From: Vulcanimicrobiota bacterium
GTDB taxonomy: Bacteria; Vulcanimicrobiota; Vulcanimicrobiia; Eremiobacterales; Eremiobacteraceae
NCBI GenBank assembly: GCA_963812135.1
Contig: CAWETU010000001.1
Location: 544,001-608,000, forward strand
DNA: 64,000 nucleotides
Direction of reading: 5' to 3'
Of this stretch, positions 37,791 to 47,853 are shown piece after piece. The notes under the pieces are model-generated. The model was given only the letters and a program-made list of their open reading frames with translations. It was not told where the DNA came from and ran no database searches. How positions within the stretch are numbered: the first letter of the stretch is position 1; every line of letters starts with the position of its first letter. Both the position numbers and the translations under genes were made by a program.

Positions 37791-39314
37791 ATGTCGAGCA
37801 TCGACGCCGCAGCGCCGGCGCCGCCCTACCTCGTCCTGCACGGGATCACAAAGAACTACCCGGGCGTGCGCGCGCTCGACGGCGTCGATTTCGACGTGCG
37901 TCCTGGCGAAGTGCACGCGCTGGTCGGCGAGAACGGCGCGGGCAAGTCGACGCTGGTCAACATCTTGTCGGGCGCGGTGCGTGCCGACGCGGGCACGATC
38001 AGCGTGCAAGGGCGCGAGGTCACGATCGCCACGCCACGCCAAGCCGAAGCGCTTGGCATCGCGGTGATCCATCAAGAATTCAACTTGGTGCCGCAGCTGA
38101 CCGCGGCGGAGAACATCGTGCTCGGCCACGAGCCCGTGCGCGGTCTCGCCATCGACACGCGCGAGGTCCACGTGCGCGCGGCGGCAGCGCTGTCGCGACT
38201 CGGCGTGAGCCTGCCGCTCGACGCCCAAGTGAAGACGCTGTCGGTCGCGCAGCAGCAGACGATCGAGATCGCCAAGGCGCTCTCCGTCGAAGCGCGCGTG
38301 ATCTTCATGGACGAGCCCTCGGCTGCGTTGACCGGCCAGGAAGTCGACCGGCTCTTCGCCATCATCCGCACGCTGACTGCGCACGGTGTGGGCATCGTCT
38401 ACATCTCACACCGCTTGGAGGAAGTGTTCCAGATCGCCGACCGGATCACGGTCTTTCGCGATGGCCGGCTCATCGAGACGCGGTCCAAAGCCGAGCTCAC
38501 GCAGGACGATGTCATCCGCCTCATGGTCGGGCGGACGCTCGACGCGCATTTCCCGACCTTGCCGCCGGATCCGCCGCGCGACAAGCCGTTGCTCTCGGTG
38601 CGCAACTTGACGACGCCGGGCCGCATCAACGACGTGAGCCTCGATGTCTATCCGGGAGAGATCTACGGCATCGCCGGACTGGTGGGATCCGGTCGAACAT
38701 CATTGCTGCGCGCGATCTGCGGCGCAGATCGTTTCGGATCGGGTACGGTCACGCTCGCCGGCACCCAGCTCCATCTCAGCGGTCCGCACGATGCGATCGA
38801 AGCCGGACTCGCGCTCGTGACTGAAGACCGCAAAACGCAAGGCCTCATCCTCGGCATGTCGATCCGCGAAAACGTCACGCTGCCGCATCTCGAGGACTTC
38901 GCGCGCTTCGGAGTCGTCGACCGAGGAAAAGAAACCGTCGCCGTCGCAGCCCTGGCGGCCGAATTGCGCGTGCGCGCGCGCTCGATCGAGCAAGCCGTAC
39001 GTTCTCTGTCGGGCGGGAATCAACAAAAAGTCGTGCTGGCGAAGTGGTTGTTGGAACGGGCGACGTTCATCTGCTTCGACGAGCCGACGCGCGGCATCGA
39101 CGTGGGCGCCAAAGCGGAGATCTACGACCTCATGGTGTCGCTCGCCAACGGCGGCACCGGCATCATCATGGTCTCGTCGGAACTGCCCGAGGTCCTCGGC
39201 ATGTCGATGCGCATCGGCGTGATGCGCGGCGGCAGAATCGTGCGCGAATTCGCGCGGGGAGAAGCCACGCAAGAGACGGTCATCCGGCTGGCGACCGGCG
39301 CGGCGGCGGCCTGA
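37791..39314 (+). CDS. Sugar ABC transporter ATPase (RbsA-like)
   Basis: GENGAGKST, YISHRLEE, EDRK, LSGGNQQK, EPTRGIDVGAK, SSELPE. Confidence 0.95.
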   Translation: MSSIDAAAPAPPYLVLHGITKNYPGVRALDGVDFDVRPGEVHALVGENGAGKSTLVNILSGAVRADAGTISVQGREVTIATPRQAEALGIAVIHQEFNLVPQLTAAENIVLGHEPVRGLAIDTREVHVRAAAALSRLGVSLPLDAQVKTLSVAQQQTIEIAKALSVEARVIFMDEPSAALTGQEVDRLFAIIRTLTAHGVGIVYISHRLEEVFQIADRITVFRDGRLIETRSKAELTQDDVIRLMVGRTLDAHFPTLPPDPPRDKPLLSVRNLTTPGRINDVSLDVYPGEIYGIAGLVGSGRTSLLRAICGADRFGSGTVTLAGTQLHLSGPHDAIEAGLALVTEDRKTQGLILGMSIRENVTLPHLEDFARFGVVDRGKETVAVAALAAELRVRARSIEQAVRSLSGGNQQKVVLAKWLLERATFICFDEPTRGIDVGAKAEIYDLMVSLANGGTGIIMVSSELPEVLGMSMRIGVMRGGRIVREFARGEATQETVIRLATGAAAA

Positions 39315-39316
39315 CG

Positions 39317-40372
39317 ATGGCCGCGATCCCGCCGCCGCCACCGCAAGCCGTCGAAGCCGGCGAGGCCGCGGCCGCCGCATCGGCCGCAAAAGCGCGCCGT
39401 GGGGCGGCCTGGCGTGCGGCTGGGCTGGTCGCGGGTTTGGCCGTGCTGCTCACCGCGCTCAATGCCTTGACACACGGTGATTTCCTCGCACCGGGCAACG
39501 TCGTTAACGTGCTGCGCCAGATCTCGGTCAACGCCATCCTCGCAGCCGGGCAGACGTTCGTGATCATCACGGCGGGCATCGATCTCTCGGTCGGCTCGCT
39601 GATCGCGCTGACCGGCGTGCTCATGGCGGGCGTGCTGTCGCGCGAATCGTCGGCGACGTTCGGCGTCCTGCTGGCCACGCTGGTCGGCGTCGGCGTCGGC
39701 GGCGCGGCCGGCACCATCAACGGATTGCCGGTCGTCAGGTTCAACCTGCCGCCCTTCATCACGACGCTTGCGATGATGCTCATGGCGCGCGGCGCGGCCT
39801 TTTTGTACACTGGCGGAAGTCCGATCGAGATCGACAACGACAAGTTCAACTTCATCGGCAGCGGATTCGTCAGCATCGGCCATCTCTTCAATCTGCCCGG
39901 CATTCCCGTGCCGGTCATCGTGATGCTGGCCGTCGTGCTCGCCGGGCATTTCGTGCTCACGCGCACGCGCTTCGGGCGCTACGTCTACGCGATCGGCGGC
40001 AACGAGGAAGCGGCGCGCCTATCCGGCGTGAATGTGTTCGGCGTCAAACTCAGCGTTTACATCATTTCGGGCGCGCTCGCCGGCATCGCCAGCCTGCTGC
40101 TGGCGGCGCGACTGAATTCAGGCATACCGCAATCAGGCCAGGGCTACGAGCTGCAGTCGATCGCGGCCGTGGTGGTCGGCGGCACGTCGCTGATGGGCGG
40201 CCGAGGTTCCATCGCCGGAACGTTCGTCGGCGCCTTGCTCATCGGCATGTTGTATAATCTGATGAATCTGCTCAACGTCCAGTCGTACGCGCAGGAAGTC
40301 GTCCTCGGCGCGGTGATATTGGCTGCGGTACTGCTCGACGAGCTGCGTAAGCGCTACTTCACGTCAGGATAA
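39317..40372 (+). CDS. Sugar ABC transporter permease (RbsC-like)
   Basis: GIDLSVGS, PPFITTL, YAIGGNEEAARLSG, YELQSIAAVVVGGTS. Confidence 0.95.
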   Translation: MAAIPPPPPQAVEAGEAAAAASAAKARRGAAWRAAGLVAGLAVLLTALNALTHGDFLAPGNVVNVLRQISVNAILAAGQTFVIITAGIDLSVGSLIALTGVLMAGVLSRESSATFGVLLATLVGVGVGGAAGTINGLPVVRFNLPPFITTLAMMLMARGAAFLYTGGSPIEIDNDKFNFIGSGFVSIGHLFNLPGIPVPVIVMLAVVLAGHFVLTRTRFGRYVYAIGGNEEAARLSGVNVFGVKLSVYIISGALAGIASLLLAARLNSGIPQSGQGYELQSIAAVVVGGTSLMGGRGSIAGTFVGALLIGMLYNLMNLLNVQSYAQEVVLGAVILAAVLLDELRKRYFTSG

Positions 40373-40378
40373 GGAGTT

Positions 40379-40717
40379 ATGGCGGAGCACATCTGGGAAC
40401 GGCTCGACCCGATGGTCGCGCGCTGGAAGAAATTCACCGGACCGGACGACGCCGAGCGCCTGGCGGCCGTCGAGCATTCCCTGACGCCTGAGCTGCAACG
40501 TTTGCTCAAGGAGTTCGAAGAAGTGCGCGTCGATATCGCCACGTACATCGCCGCGCTCGAAAAGAAATACGGCGTGTTCGAGACCGGCGACCTCGGCGCC
40601 GACGCCGCTCCGGACGCCAAAGACATCACGCGCCATCAATCGCTGCTCGCGCTGCGCCAGGCCGCCGAAGATGCGAGCGCGGAACTGGACGATCGAGCAG
40701 CGACGGGAGAAGTTTAG
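40379..40717 (+). CDS. Hypothetical helical protein
   Basis: TAAGGAG RBS overlapping the permease stop; normal codon usage. Confidence 0.75.
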   Translation: MAEHIWERLDPMVARWKKFTGPDDAERLAAVEHSLTPELQRLLKEFEEVRVDIATYIAALEKKYGVFETGDLGADAAPDAKDITRHQSLLALRQAAEDASAELDDRAATGEV

Positions 40718-40741
40718 AGCCGAGCTGCGCTCGAGTGCTAC
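40718..40741 (-). repeat. GTAG-type REP-like palindrome
   Basis: Minus: GTAG-CAC-TCGAGC-GCA-GCTCGG; same CGAGC/GCTCG core as the 60193 element; between convergent genes. Confidence 0.55.
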
Positions 40742-40745
40742 TGCG

Positions 40746-41387
40746 TTAGACGTGCCAGGTCGAGTCGGGCAGCGTGACGTTCACTTGGACGTCTGAATAC
40801 GTCTCGTGCCGCGCCACCGTTCCCGTGCCTTCGTATTCGGTGACCTCGACCGGCAGGCCATTCGCACCGAGCGTCATGACCTCTTTGACGATGCCGTCGT
40901 TCTGCGTCGGGTCTTCCGGTATGCCCGTCATCGTGAAGCGGTCGCCGTCGATCGTGACCTCCGTCGACTTCCATTTCATCGACTTGATCTGATCGAGCGC
41001 GGCACCGAAGGGCGCCTGCGCGATCGTCCGGCCGCGCATCGACGTGGCGGTGTGGTTGTGGATGTTCAGGTTGAGATGGATCGGCGAAAGCCAGCCGCCT
41101 TGATGCCCGACGACGCGGTCGCCGCCTTGCCAAACCGCGGCGCTGCCTTTGCCGTCGCCGCCGACGATATCGAGCCGGCACGACGTCGGCTTTTGGAATT
41201 TGATCGCGTAGACGCGGTCCTGGGTCCGGCCGTTCAGGTACTCGCGAGCGGTGATCGTGGCCTGGTAGGTGTTCAGACCATCCCATGCCGTCTGGAATTT
41301 GCTGATCCACTGTTCGCTCGACATCGGGGCGGCAGGCGACGCGCCCATCATCAGCACGGCTGCCGCGAGGATGCCAAGGTATCTCAT
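40746..41387 (-). CDS. Secreted LolA/DUF1571-like fold protein
   Basis: Signal peptide; 'TYQATI', 'FQKP..RL', C-terminal 'YSDVQVNVTLPDSTW'. Confidence 0.7.
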   Translation of the reverse strand: MRYLGILAAAVLMMGASPAAPMSSEQWISKFQTAWDGLNTYQATITAREYLNGRTQDRVYAIKFQKPTSCRLDIVGGDGKGSAAVWQGGDRVVGHQGGWLSPIHLNLNIHNHTATSMRGRTIAQAPFGAALDQIKSMKWKSTEVTIDGDRFTMTGIPEDPTQNDGIVKEVMTLGANGLPVEVTEYEGTGTVARHETYSDVQVNVTLPDSTWHV

Positions 41388-42010
41388 CGTTTTTTCCCCT
41401 TGTCCGCGTATGCGTCGATGGCCGGCACGCTCAGCATGCTCTTCGCGTCGGTGCCCGACACGCCGATGAGCACATCCGTCGTCGTGTTCGTGGTCACGAA
41501 CTCGATCGCTTTGGCGAGCGGCGCGCCCGCATAGCCGTGCTCTCGGTAGGTGCCCATGACGATGAGGCTCGCGTTTTCTTCACGCGCCGCCCGGATGATG
41601 GCGGTTCCCGCCTGACGATCCCGAATCATGCGGGTTTCGATGTCGACGCCGGCCTTGCGCGCGATCTCTTCGGCGGCGCTCAACGAGTCGAGCGCACGCC
41701 GTTCTGGTTCGGGCAGCTCGGCCTCGATCGGCAGCGTGTACGGCACCTCGATGACGTAGATGGCGACCAACGTAGCTGCCTGTCGCTTGGCCATCCTGGC
41801 GGCGAGCGCCATGAGCACGAGCGAATTGATATCGGCCGAGAAGACGACGAGCACGTTGCCGGTGACCGCGCGCGCCTGGGTGGAAGCGGTTTCCGCGATC
41901 ATCGCCGAGCGGCTCAGCGCCGGATGGAGCATCCAGTAGAGCGTCGAGCTCACCGCTCCGACGACGAACAACGCGATGATCGCGCCGAGCAGATTTGGCG
42001 TGGCGATCAC
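41384..42010 (-). CDS. Universal stress protein with N-terminal TM helix
   Basis: IYVIEVP, AIIRAAREENASLIVMG, DVLI; GTGA overlap with upstream gene. Confidence 0.85.
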   Translation of the reverse strand: MIATPNLLGAIIALFVVGAVSSTLYWMLHPALSRSAMIAETASTQARAVTGNVLVVFSADINSLVLMALAARMAKRQAATLVAIYVIEVPYTLPIEAELPEPERRALDSLSAAEEIARKAGVDIETRMIRDRQAGTAIIRAAREENASLIVMGTYREHGYAGAPLAKAIEFVTTNTTTDVLIGVSGTDAKSMLSVPAIDAYADKGKKR

Positions 42011-42216
42011 GAGCGCGCCATGGCGCGCATCGCGCGCATGTAGATGAACCCGCGCCAAACGCCGGCGGCGATGAAGATGCCGGCCACCCCATATGCCAGC
42101 ATCGTCGAGTTTGAAAATGGCGCGACCGTGGCCAAGCGCACGGCAGCGACGCCGCCGAGGATCGCGAATGCGAACGACGTGAAGATCTTATAGCGCAGAC
42201 GATTCGGAGTGACCAT
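42007..42216 (-). CDS. Small 2-TM membrane protein
   Basis: 69 aa, two hydrophobic helices; coupled to neighbours on both sides. Confidence 0.75.
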   Translation of the reverse strand: MVTPNRLRYKIFTSFAFAILGGVAAVRLATVAPFSNSTMLAYGVAGIFIAAGVWRGFIYMRAMRAMARS

Positions 42217-43229
42217 CAGCGTTCGTTGGGTTGGGAGACGACGTCGATCGCGTCGCGATACAGCGCTTGCGCCACCTCGACGTCGCCCGAGCGGCCGCGC
42301 TCGATGCCGCGCTCCATCAGCGCGAGCGCTTCGACATATGCACCGCGCGAGGGCGGCTCAGCGCGCGTCGCGGCCGATGGCAGGAAATGCGACCAGCCGG
42401 CACCCCCGCGCTCGCGGGCTGCTTCGAGCGCCGCGATGAGCGACGCCGCGTCGCTGAAACGACGTTGGGGCTGGCTCTCGAGCAGCCGTACGATGATGCG
42501 GTCGAGCTCGGCGGGGATATCCGGTTCGAGCAGCCGCGGCGGCCGCGGGACTTCGTTGACGTGGGCGATCATCGTGGAGACGAGATCCTCGGACGATTCG
42601 GCGAACGGGAGCACGCCCGTCACGAGCTCGTACAGCAGCACGCCGATCGAATACAAATCGCTGGAGCGATCGCCGGTCTTGCCCATAAAGCGTTCCGGCG
42701 GCAGATAGGCGACGGTGCCGACGATCTCGCTGCTCTGCGAAAGGTTGCCGACGTCCGACATGCGCCGCGCCAAGCCGAAGTCCGTGACCTTGACGACGCC
42801 GTCCTCGGCGATCAAGACGTTGCCGGGTTTGATGTCGCGATGCACGACGTCTCGATCGTGAGCGAAGCGAAGCGCGCTCAAGACCTGGAGCACGAGATCG
42901 ACGGCCTGCGCGACGGTCGTCGAGGCGCGGTCGATGCCGCGGATGGTGTTGCCGCGCACGAACTCCATAATGATGTACGAGACATGGCCTTCCATGCCGA
43001 CGTCGTGGACCGCGACGATGTTCGGATGATTGAGCTGCGCCATCGCGCGCGCTTCATCTAAGAAGCGGCGGTTGACCTCATCCGAGCGTTCGGCGAGCAC
43101 CTTGACGGCGACATCGCGCTCCAGCCCGTGGTCGTAGCCGCGATAGACCTCGCCCATGCCGCCCGAACCGATGCGCTCCACGATACGGTAGCGATCCGCC
43201 AAAACCGTCCCTGGCACGAGCTCCATCAT
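42216..43229 (-). CDS. Hanks-type Ser/Thr protein kinase (soluble, C-terminal TPR-like helices)
   Basis: IGSGGMGEVY, VAVK, HPNIV, HRDIKPGN, DFG, GT.AY..PE, DLYSIG. Confidence 0.93.
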   Translation of the reverse strand: MMELVPGTVLADRYRIVERIGSGGMGEVYRGYDHGLERDVAVKVLAERSDEVNRRFLDEARAMAQLNHPNIVAVHDVGMEGHVSYIIMEFVRGNTIRGIDRASTTVAQAVDLVLQVLSALRFAHDRDVVHRDIKPGNVLIAEDGVVKVTDFGLARRMSDVGNLSQSSEIVGTVAYLPPERFMGKTGDRSSDLYSIGVLLYELVTGVLPFAESSEDLVSTMIAHVNEVPRPPRLLEPDIPAELDRIIVRLLESQPQRRFSDAASLIAALEAARERGGAGWSHFLPSAATRAEPPSRGAYVEALALMERGIERGRSGDVEVAQALYRDAIDVVSQPNER

Positions 43230-43603
43230 GCGGACGTGAACGCCGCTTTGAAGTGCGTGATCTCGGTCCGCGTCGACGTGCGCATCACGCTGATGACGTC
43301 GAAGCGGATGCGCGGGAAGACCCGTCCGCAAAACGCGAGATACGATGCAGCGGCGCGCGCGACGCGGGCCTGCTTGAGCGCCGTGACAGCCTCGATCGGA
43401 GCGCCGCGCGAGAGCGTGCGGCGCAGCTTCACTTCCACGAACACCAACGTGCCGCCGTCGAGCAGAATGAGATCGACCTCGCCGCCCCGCGTCCGGAAGT
43501 TGCGCTCGAGGACGTGATAGCCCCGATCGCGCAGGAACGTCGCGGCGGCTTGCTCGGCGAGGCTGCCGGCGGAAGCGCTGCTGCGTGGTGCGGCACGCGT
43601 CAC
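43226..43603 (-). CDS. yraN: YraN family protein (UPF0102)
   Basis: GSLAE..A..FL...GY..LERNFR..GEVDLI..FVEVK.R, RFDVI; GTGA overlap with rnhB. Confidence 0.92.
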   Translation of the reverse strand: MTRAAPRSSASAGSLAEQAAATFLRDRGYHVLERNFRTRGGEVDLILLDGGTLVFVEVKLRRTLSRGAPIEAVTALKQARVARAAASYLAFCGRVFPRIRFDVISVMRTSTRTEITHFKAAFTSA

Positions 43604-44259
43604 GATACTTCGCTCTCGTACATGAAGCGTAGGCGCGGCGAGATCACCGGCATGAACGAGCGGCGGTGGATCGGGCAGGGTCCCAACTTGTCGAGCGCGT
43701 CGAAATGCGATGCCGTGCTGTAGCCCTTGTGCTCGGCGAACCCGTAGCCCGGGTACTGCGCCTCCATCAACGACATGAACGCGTCGCGCGCCACTTTGGC
43801 GACGATGCTCGCGGCCGCGATGGCTGCAGACTTGCGGTCGCCGCCGATGATCGGCGACTGCGGGTAGGGGCAGCCCGGAATCGAGAGCGCGTCCACGAAC
43901 ACCCGGCACGGAGTTTGGGTGAGGCCGGCGAGCGCGCGGTTCATGGCCACCTTGGTGGCCGCGAGGATGTTGATGCGGTCGATCTCCTCGTGATCGACCC
44001 AGCCCAGCGAAACGCATATCGCTTGGGCGCGGATGGTCCTATCGAGGTCAGCGCGGCGTAATTCGGTGACCTGCTTGCTGTCGTTGAGGAATTCGAGGCG
44101 CAGCGGCTGATCGATGACGACCGCGCAGGCCACCACCGGCCCCGCGAGCGGTCCGCGTCCGACTTCGTCGACGCCGCAGATGTAGCGAGCGCCGCTCTCC
44201 CAAGCGGCGCGTTCGTAGGCATGTAAGCGGCGGAGGCGGGAGCGCTCTTTCGGTTTCAC
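43600..44259 (-). CDS. rnhB: Ribonuclease HII
   Basis: GVDEVGRGPLAGPV, DSK, IAAASIVAKVARD, HKGY, HRRSF. Confidence 0.97.
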   Translation of the reverse strand: MKPKERSRLRRLHAYERAAWESGARYICGVDEVGRGPLAGPVVACAVVIDQPLRLEFLNDSKQVTELRRADLDRTIRAQAICVSLGWVDHEEIDRINILAATKVAMNRALAGLTQTPCRVFVDALSIPGCPYPQSPIIGGDRKSAAIAAASIVAKVARDAFMSLMEAQYPGYGFAEHKGYSTASHFDALDKLGPCPIHRRSFMPVISPRLRFMYESEVS

Positions 44260-45071
44260 GTGCCCTCTCTCGGCAGTTCGAAAGTGAATCGGCCAAGCGC
44301 GCCGCTGCGAAATTCAGTGAGCAGCTTGCGTGCGGCGCCGGCGCGGTCGACTTCGCCGCCTTTGCGCAGCATCCCGTGCGCGCGCGCGAATTCTGCGATG
44401 TCGAAGCGCGCAGCGACCGTTCCGTTTTCATGTTCGCGCATCCACGCGGCCAGCTGTTCGACCACGTCCTCGGCGTCGTATGCCTTTTCCGGCAGGCAAC
44501 CGGTGGCTGCGAGCTGCCACGCCATGTCGGCGCCGACGATCTTCGGCGGCAGTACGCCGGGCGTGTCGAGCAACTCGATGCCTGGCGCGAGCGCGAGCCA
44601 GCGCACGTGCCGCGTCACGCCGGCGCGATCTTGCGCGACCGCGCGCTTGCGCCTGCTCAAGCCGTTGATCACGGAGGACTTGCCTGTGTTGGGCGCGCCG
44701 ACCACGGCGACATGCAGCGTGGCGCGCCGCCGGGGCGCGCTGACGATCGCCGCGCGCACGCCGTGCAAGGAAGCGGCGTGGGTGCCGGTCGTGGCGTACG
44801 CAGGCCGCTCGCCGCGCAACGCGGCCAGCCAGCGGGCGGTGGCCGCGGGCTCCGCCAGATCCTCGCGGTTGAGCAACGTCAGGCGCGGTTTGGCGCGCAG
44901 TTTGGGATGGAGCGAGGCGACCGCCGTCGCCCGCGGCACGCGGGCGTCGCGCACCTCGACGACGAGGTCGATGAGGCTTGCCGTGTCCTCGATCGCGCGC
45001 ATGCCCGCGGCCATGTGGCCGGGGAACCAGCTCGCAGCTGCCTTCTCAGGCTTATCTGATCGGCGTGGCAC
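44256..45071 (-). CDS. rbgA: Ribosome biogenesis GTPase RbgA/YlqF
   Basis: WFPGHM, EVRDAR, GAPNTGKSS, GVTR, DTPG. Confidence 0.92.
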   Translation of the reverse strand: MPRRSDKPEKAAASWFPGHMAAGMRAIEDTASLIDLVVEVRDARVPRATAVASLHPKLRAKPRLTLLNREDLAEPAATARWLAALRGERPAYATTGTHAASLHGVRAAIVSAPRRRATLHVAVVGAPNTGKSSVINGLSRRKRAVAQDRAGVTRHVRWLALAPGIELLDTPGVLPPKIVGADMAWQLAATGCLPEKAYDAEDVVEQLAAWMREHENGTVAARFDIAEFARAHGMLRKGGEVDRAGAARKLLTEFRSGALGRFTFELPREGT

Positions 45072-45729
45072 GGTTGAGCGGCCAAACGACGGCTTGGGCG
45101 CGACCGATGACAGCCGTGCGGGGCACCGCGCCAAACGCGCGCGAGTCGTCCGATTCGGCGCGATTGTCTCCGAGGACGAAAAACGAGCCGGCGGGGACGC
45201 GGGTCGGCGCCATCGTCGTGGTGTCGCGCAGCATCCCGTTTGGTTCGGCGAACGGCCGTCCGTTCACCGAGACGAAACCGCGCGAGATAGCGACCATGTC
45301 GCCCGGTACGCCGACGACGCGCTTGACGTACACTTGCTGCGCGTCATCGCTGGCGTGGATGAACGCCACGACATCGCCGTGCGCGATCGGATGCAGGGCA
45401 ACGTCGAAGAACGGTTGGTCGCCTCCCCCGGCCCGCAGATCGTACGCGATGGTGTTGATGAGGACGTGTTCGCCCGAGCGCAGCTGCGGTTCCATCGAGT
45501 GGCCATTCACTTGGGGGAGGCGGATAAAGAAGAGCGCGAGCAGCAGCACGAGCGCAAGCGCCTCGCCGACGAATTTGAGCGCGCGGACAAACGCGCGCGC
45601 GATGGGTGACTGATCGGGAACCGCGCCTGGGATCCCTTGCGGAATCGCGCCGGTTTCGGCGACTATGGCAAATGCAGCGGTGGGGTCGAGTTGACCGCGT
45701 CCGTGCCACCGAGGAGCCGGCTGTCGCAC
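45052..45729 (-). CDS. lepB: Signal peptidase I (second paralog)
   Basis: GHSMEP, VKRVVG.PGD, GDNRAESDDSR.FG; start uncertain. Confidence 0.88.
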   Translation of the reverse strand: MRQPAPRWHGRGQLDPTAAFAIVAETGAIPQGIPGAVPDQSPIARAFVRALKFVGEALALVLLLALFFIRLPQVNGHSMEPQLRSGEHVLINTIAYDLRAGGGDQPFFDVALHPIAHGDVVAFIHASDDAQQVYVKRVVGVPGDMVAISRGFVSVNGRPFAEPNGMLRDTTTMAPTRVPAGSFFVLGDNRAESDDSRAFGAVPRTAVIGRAQAVVWPLNRATPIR

Positions 45730-45819
45730 GGAATGACGTGTTCATTGCGCGCGGCCGCTCGCCCTTGTCAGGCGGGGGTGCGAAGGGCGCATGCGCGCGC
45801 CCCCACAAACATTCTCACG

Positions 45820-47046
45820 ATGGCGTCACCGAACCCGACGCGCAGCATTTTTGCTGAGCGCAGCTTCACGCTGTACTACTCCGGCCAGTTGCTGAGCTAC
45901 TTCGGCGACGGCTTGCGCACGTTTGCGATTCCGCTGCTGGTGTTCAATCTCACCGGATCGGCGCTCTCGCTCGGCGCCACGTACGCCCTCGAGTTCTTGC
46001 CCTTCGCGCTCTTTGGGTTGGTGGGCGGGTCGCTGGCGGACCGGCTCGACCGGCGCCGGCTCATGATCGCCTGCGACTTCGTGCGTTTCGCGATTATCGC
46101 GCTCTTCGCCGTGCTGTACTGGCGCCACGCGCTCACGCTGCCCGTGTTGTACCTCGGCATCGCGATCGTCTCGATCGCGGCGGCGATCTTCCTCGGCGGC
46201 CAATCGACGAGCATCCCATATCTGGTCGGTAAAGAGCGCTCGGGAACTGCTGTGGCAGCGTTGATCGCCGCAGAGCAGACGACGAATCTCATATCGCCCA
46301 CGCTAGGCGGTCTTCTTTTCGCCATCGGCGGCGCGTTGCCGGCGCTCGTCACCAACGCCTTCACGTATCTGACCTCGCAGTTGGCGTTGCTGCTCGTGCC
46401 GAGCATGGGCCCGGACGAGCCAGGTCCGCTGCCGTCTGCGCGCGAGATATGGGCGGACATCGTCGAAGGCTTCCGCTTCATGCACGACGATCGCGTGATG
46501 ATGACGGTCGCGTACTGCAGCCTGTTGCTGAACTTTTTCGGGATGATGGCGCTTGCGGTGCTCATCCCGTACATGAAACTCGATTTCGGCGCGAGCGACG
46601 CGCAGGTCGGCTTCGCCTTCGGCGCGCTCGCGTTAGGCTCAATCGTGGGTTCGCTTGTTGGCGGCGCGACTGTCACCAAGTGGCCGTTCGGACCGGCCCT
46701 GCTGGCCGCATACGCGTTTGACGGCCTCATCTTCATACCCGTGGTCTTCGCGCACCGCCTGTGGACGGCGATCTTCTTCTGGACGGTGGCCAACGCGTGC
46801 GGATCGTTCGAAGTCACGCAGATCATCAGCTGGCGCATGCGCGTCACGCCGCACGAGAAGATCGGACGAGTCTTCGCTGCTGTCCGGCTCATCGCGCTCA
46901 TCGGCATCGTGCCCGGCACGCTCATCGGCGGGTCGCTCGCCGATCTGCACGGTCCGCGCCTTCCGATCGCGATCTCCACCTTTGGTTTTCTCATCATCGC
47001 CCTCGGTGCGGGGTTGGTGGGCGCGCTGCGCCGCGAACGGCGCTAG
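45820..47046 (+). CDS. MFS transporter (DHA3/EntS-like)
   Basis: GSLADRLDRRRLM motif A; about 12 TMs. Confidence 0.9.
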   Translation: MASPNPTRSIFAERSFTLYYSGQLLSYFGDGLRTFAIPLLVFNLTGSALSLGATYALEFLPFALFGLVGGSLADRLDRRRLMIACDFVRFAIIALFAVLYWRHALTLPVLYLGIAIVSIAAAIFLGGQSTSIPYLVGKERSGTAVAALIAAEQTTNLISPTLGGLLFAIGGALPALVTNAFTYLTSQLALLLVPSMGPDEPGPLPSAREIWADIVEGFRFMHDDRVMMTVAYCSLLLNFFGMMALAVLIPYMKLDFGASDAQVGFAFGALALGSIVGSLVGGATVTKWPFGPALLAAYAFDGLIFIPVVFAHRLWTAIFFWTVANACGSFEVTQIISWRMRVTPHEKIGRVFAAVRLIALIGIVPGTLIGGSLADLHGPRLPIAISTFGFLIIALGAGLVGALRRERR

Positions 47047-47059
47047 GAACGATGCGAAC

Positions 47060-47830
47060 ATGACGTTGCGCGATCACGAGCGCAAGAACCGCGATTTCTG
47101 GGATCGCACAAGCGCGGACTATCAATCAAAACACGCCGAGCAGCTCAATAAGAAAGAACTCGCGTGGGGCGTCTGGGCGATGCCCGAAGCTCGATTGATG
47201 GTGTTGGGCGATGTCGCCGGCAAAGACATGTTGGAGTTCGGCTGCGGCGCTGCACAGTGGTCGATCTTTCTCGCGAACCTCGGCGCGCGTCCGGTCGGGC
47301 TCGACCTCTCCGCCGAGCAGCTGGCGCATGCGCGCGTGCTTATGGATGGGGCCGGCGTCGATTTTCCGCTCGTGCACGCCAGCGCGGAGGCCGTACCGTT
47401 GCCGGATGCGAGCTTCGACATCGTGTTCTGCGATCACGGCGCCATGAGTTTTGCCGATCCCGAACGCACGGTGCCAGAGGCGGCGCGACTGCTGCGACCT
47501 GGCGGCCTGTTCGCGTTCAACATGGCGACGCCGATACTCGAGCTGTGCTGGGATGACGAACTAGATGCCGCACAAGAATCGTTGCGGCGCACCTATTTCG
47601 AGATGCGCGGCGGCGAAGACGACGAGACGGTCGTCTTCCAACTGCCGTACGGCGAGTGGATCAGGTTGTTCCGGCGCTGCGGCTTCGAGATAGAAAATCT
47701 CATCGAGATCAGGCCCGATGAGAATTCGGAGTCGACGTACGGGGAGTATGTGCCATTGGCGTGGGCGCGGCGCTGGCCTGCGGAGAACATCTGGATGCTC
47801 CGCAAGCAGCGCGCGCCCGCATCGTCGTAG
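47060..47830 (+). CDS. Class I SAM-dependent methyltransferase
   Basis: LEFGCGAA, GLDLS, PLPDASFD, LRPGG. Confidence 0.92.
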   Translation: MTLRDHERKNRDFWDRTSADYQSKHAEQLNKKELAWGVWAMPEARLMVLGDVAGKDMLEFGCGAAQWSIFLANLGARPVGLDLSAEQLAHARVLMDGAGVDFPLVHASAEAVPLPDASFDIVFCDHGAMSFADPERTVPEAARLLRPGGLFAFNMATPILELCWDDELDAAQESLRRTYFEMRGGEDDETVVFQLPYGEWIRLFRRCGFEIENLIEIRPDENSESTYGEYVPLAWARRWPAENIWMLRKQRAPASS

Positions 47831-47853
47831 CGCGTTCGTCGAACGCGCAGAGG

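Noticed and set aside
40714..40741. CIRCE-like half site GAGTGCTAC
   Set aside because: Left half does not match TTAGCACTC and the site lies between convergent 3' ends.
44179..44197. GATGTAG plus GAGC-GCC-GCTC mini-hairpin in rnhB
   Set aside because: Encodes the ordinary GARYI segment before the catalytic motif; a 4-bp stem is chance level.
47827..47848. GTAG-CGCGTTCG-T-CGAACGCG as a REP
   Set aside because: GTAG includes the stop codon and there is no second copy; more simply a hairpin between convergent genes.
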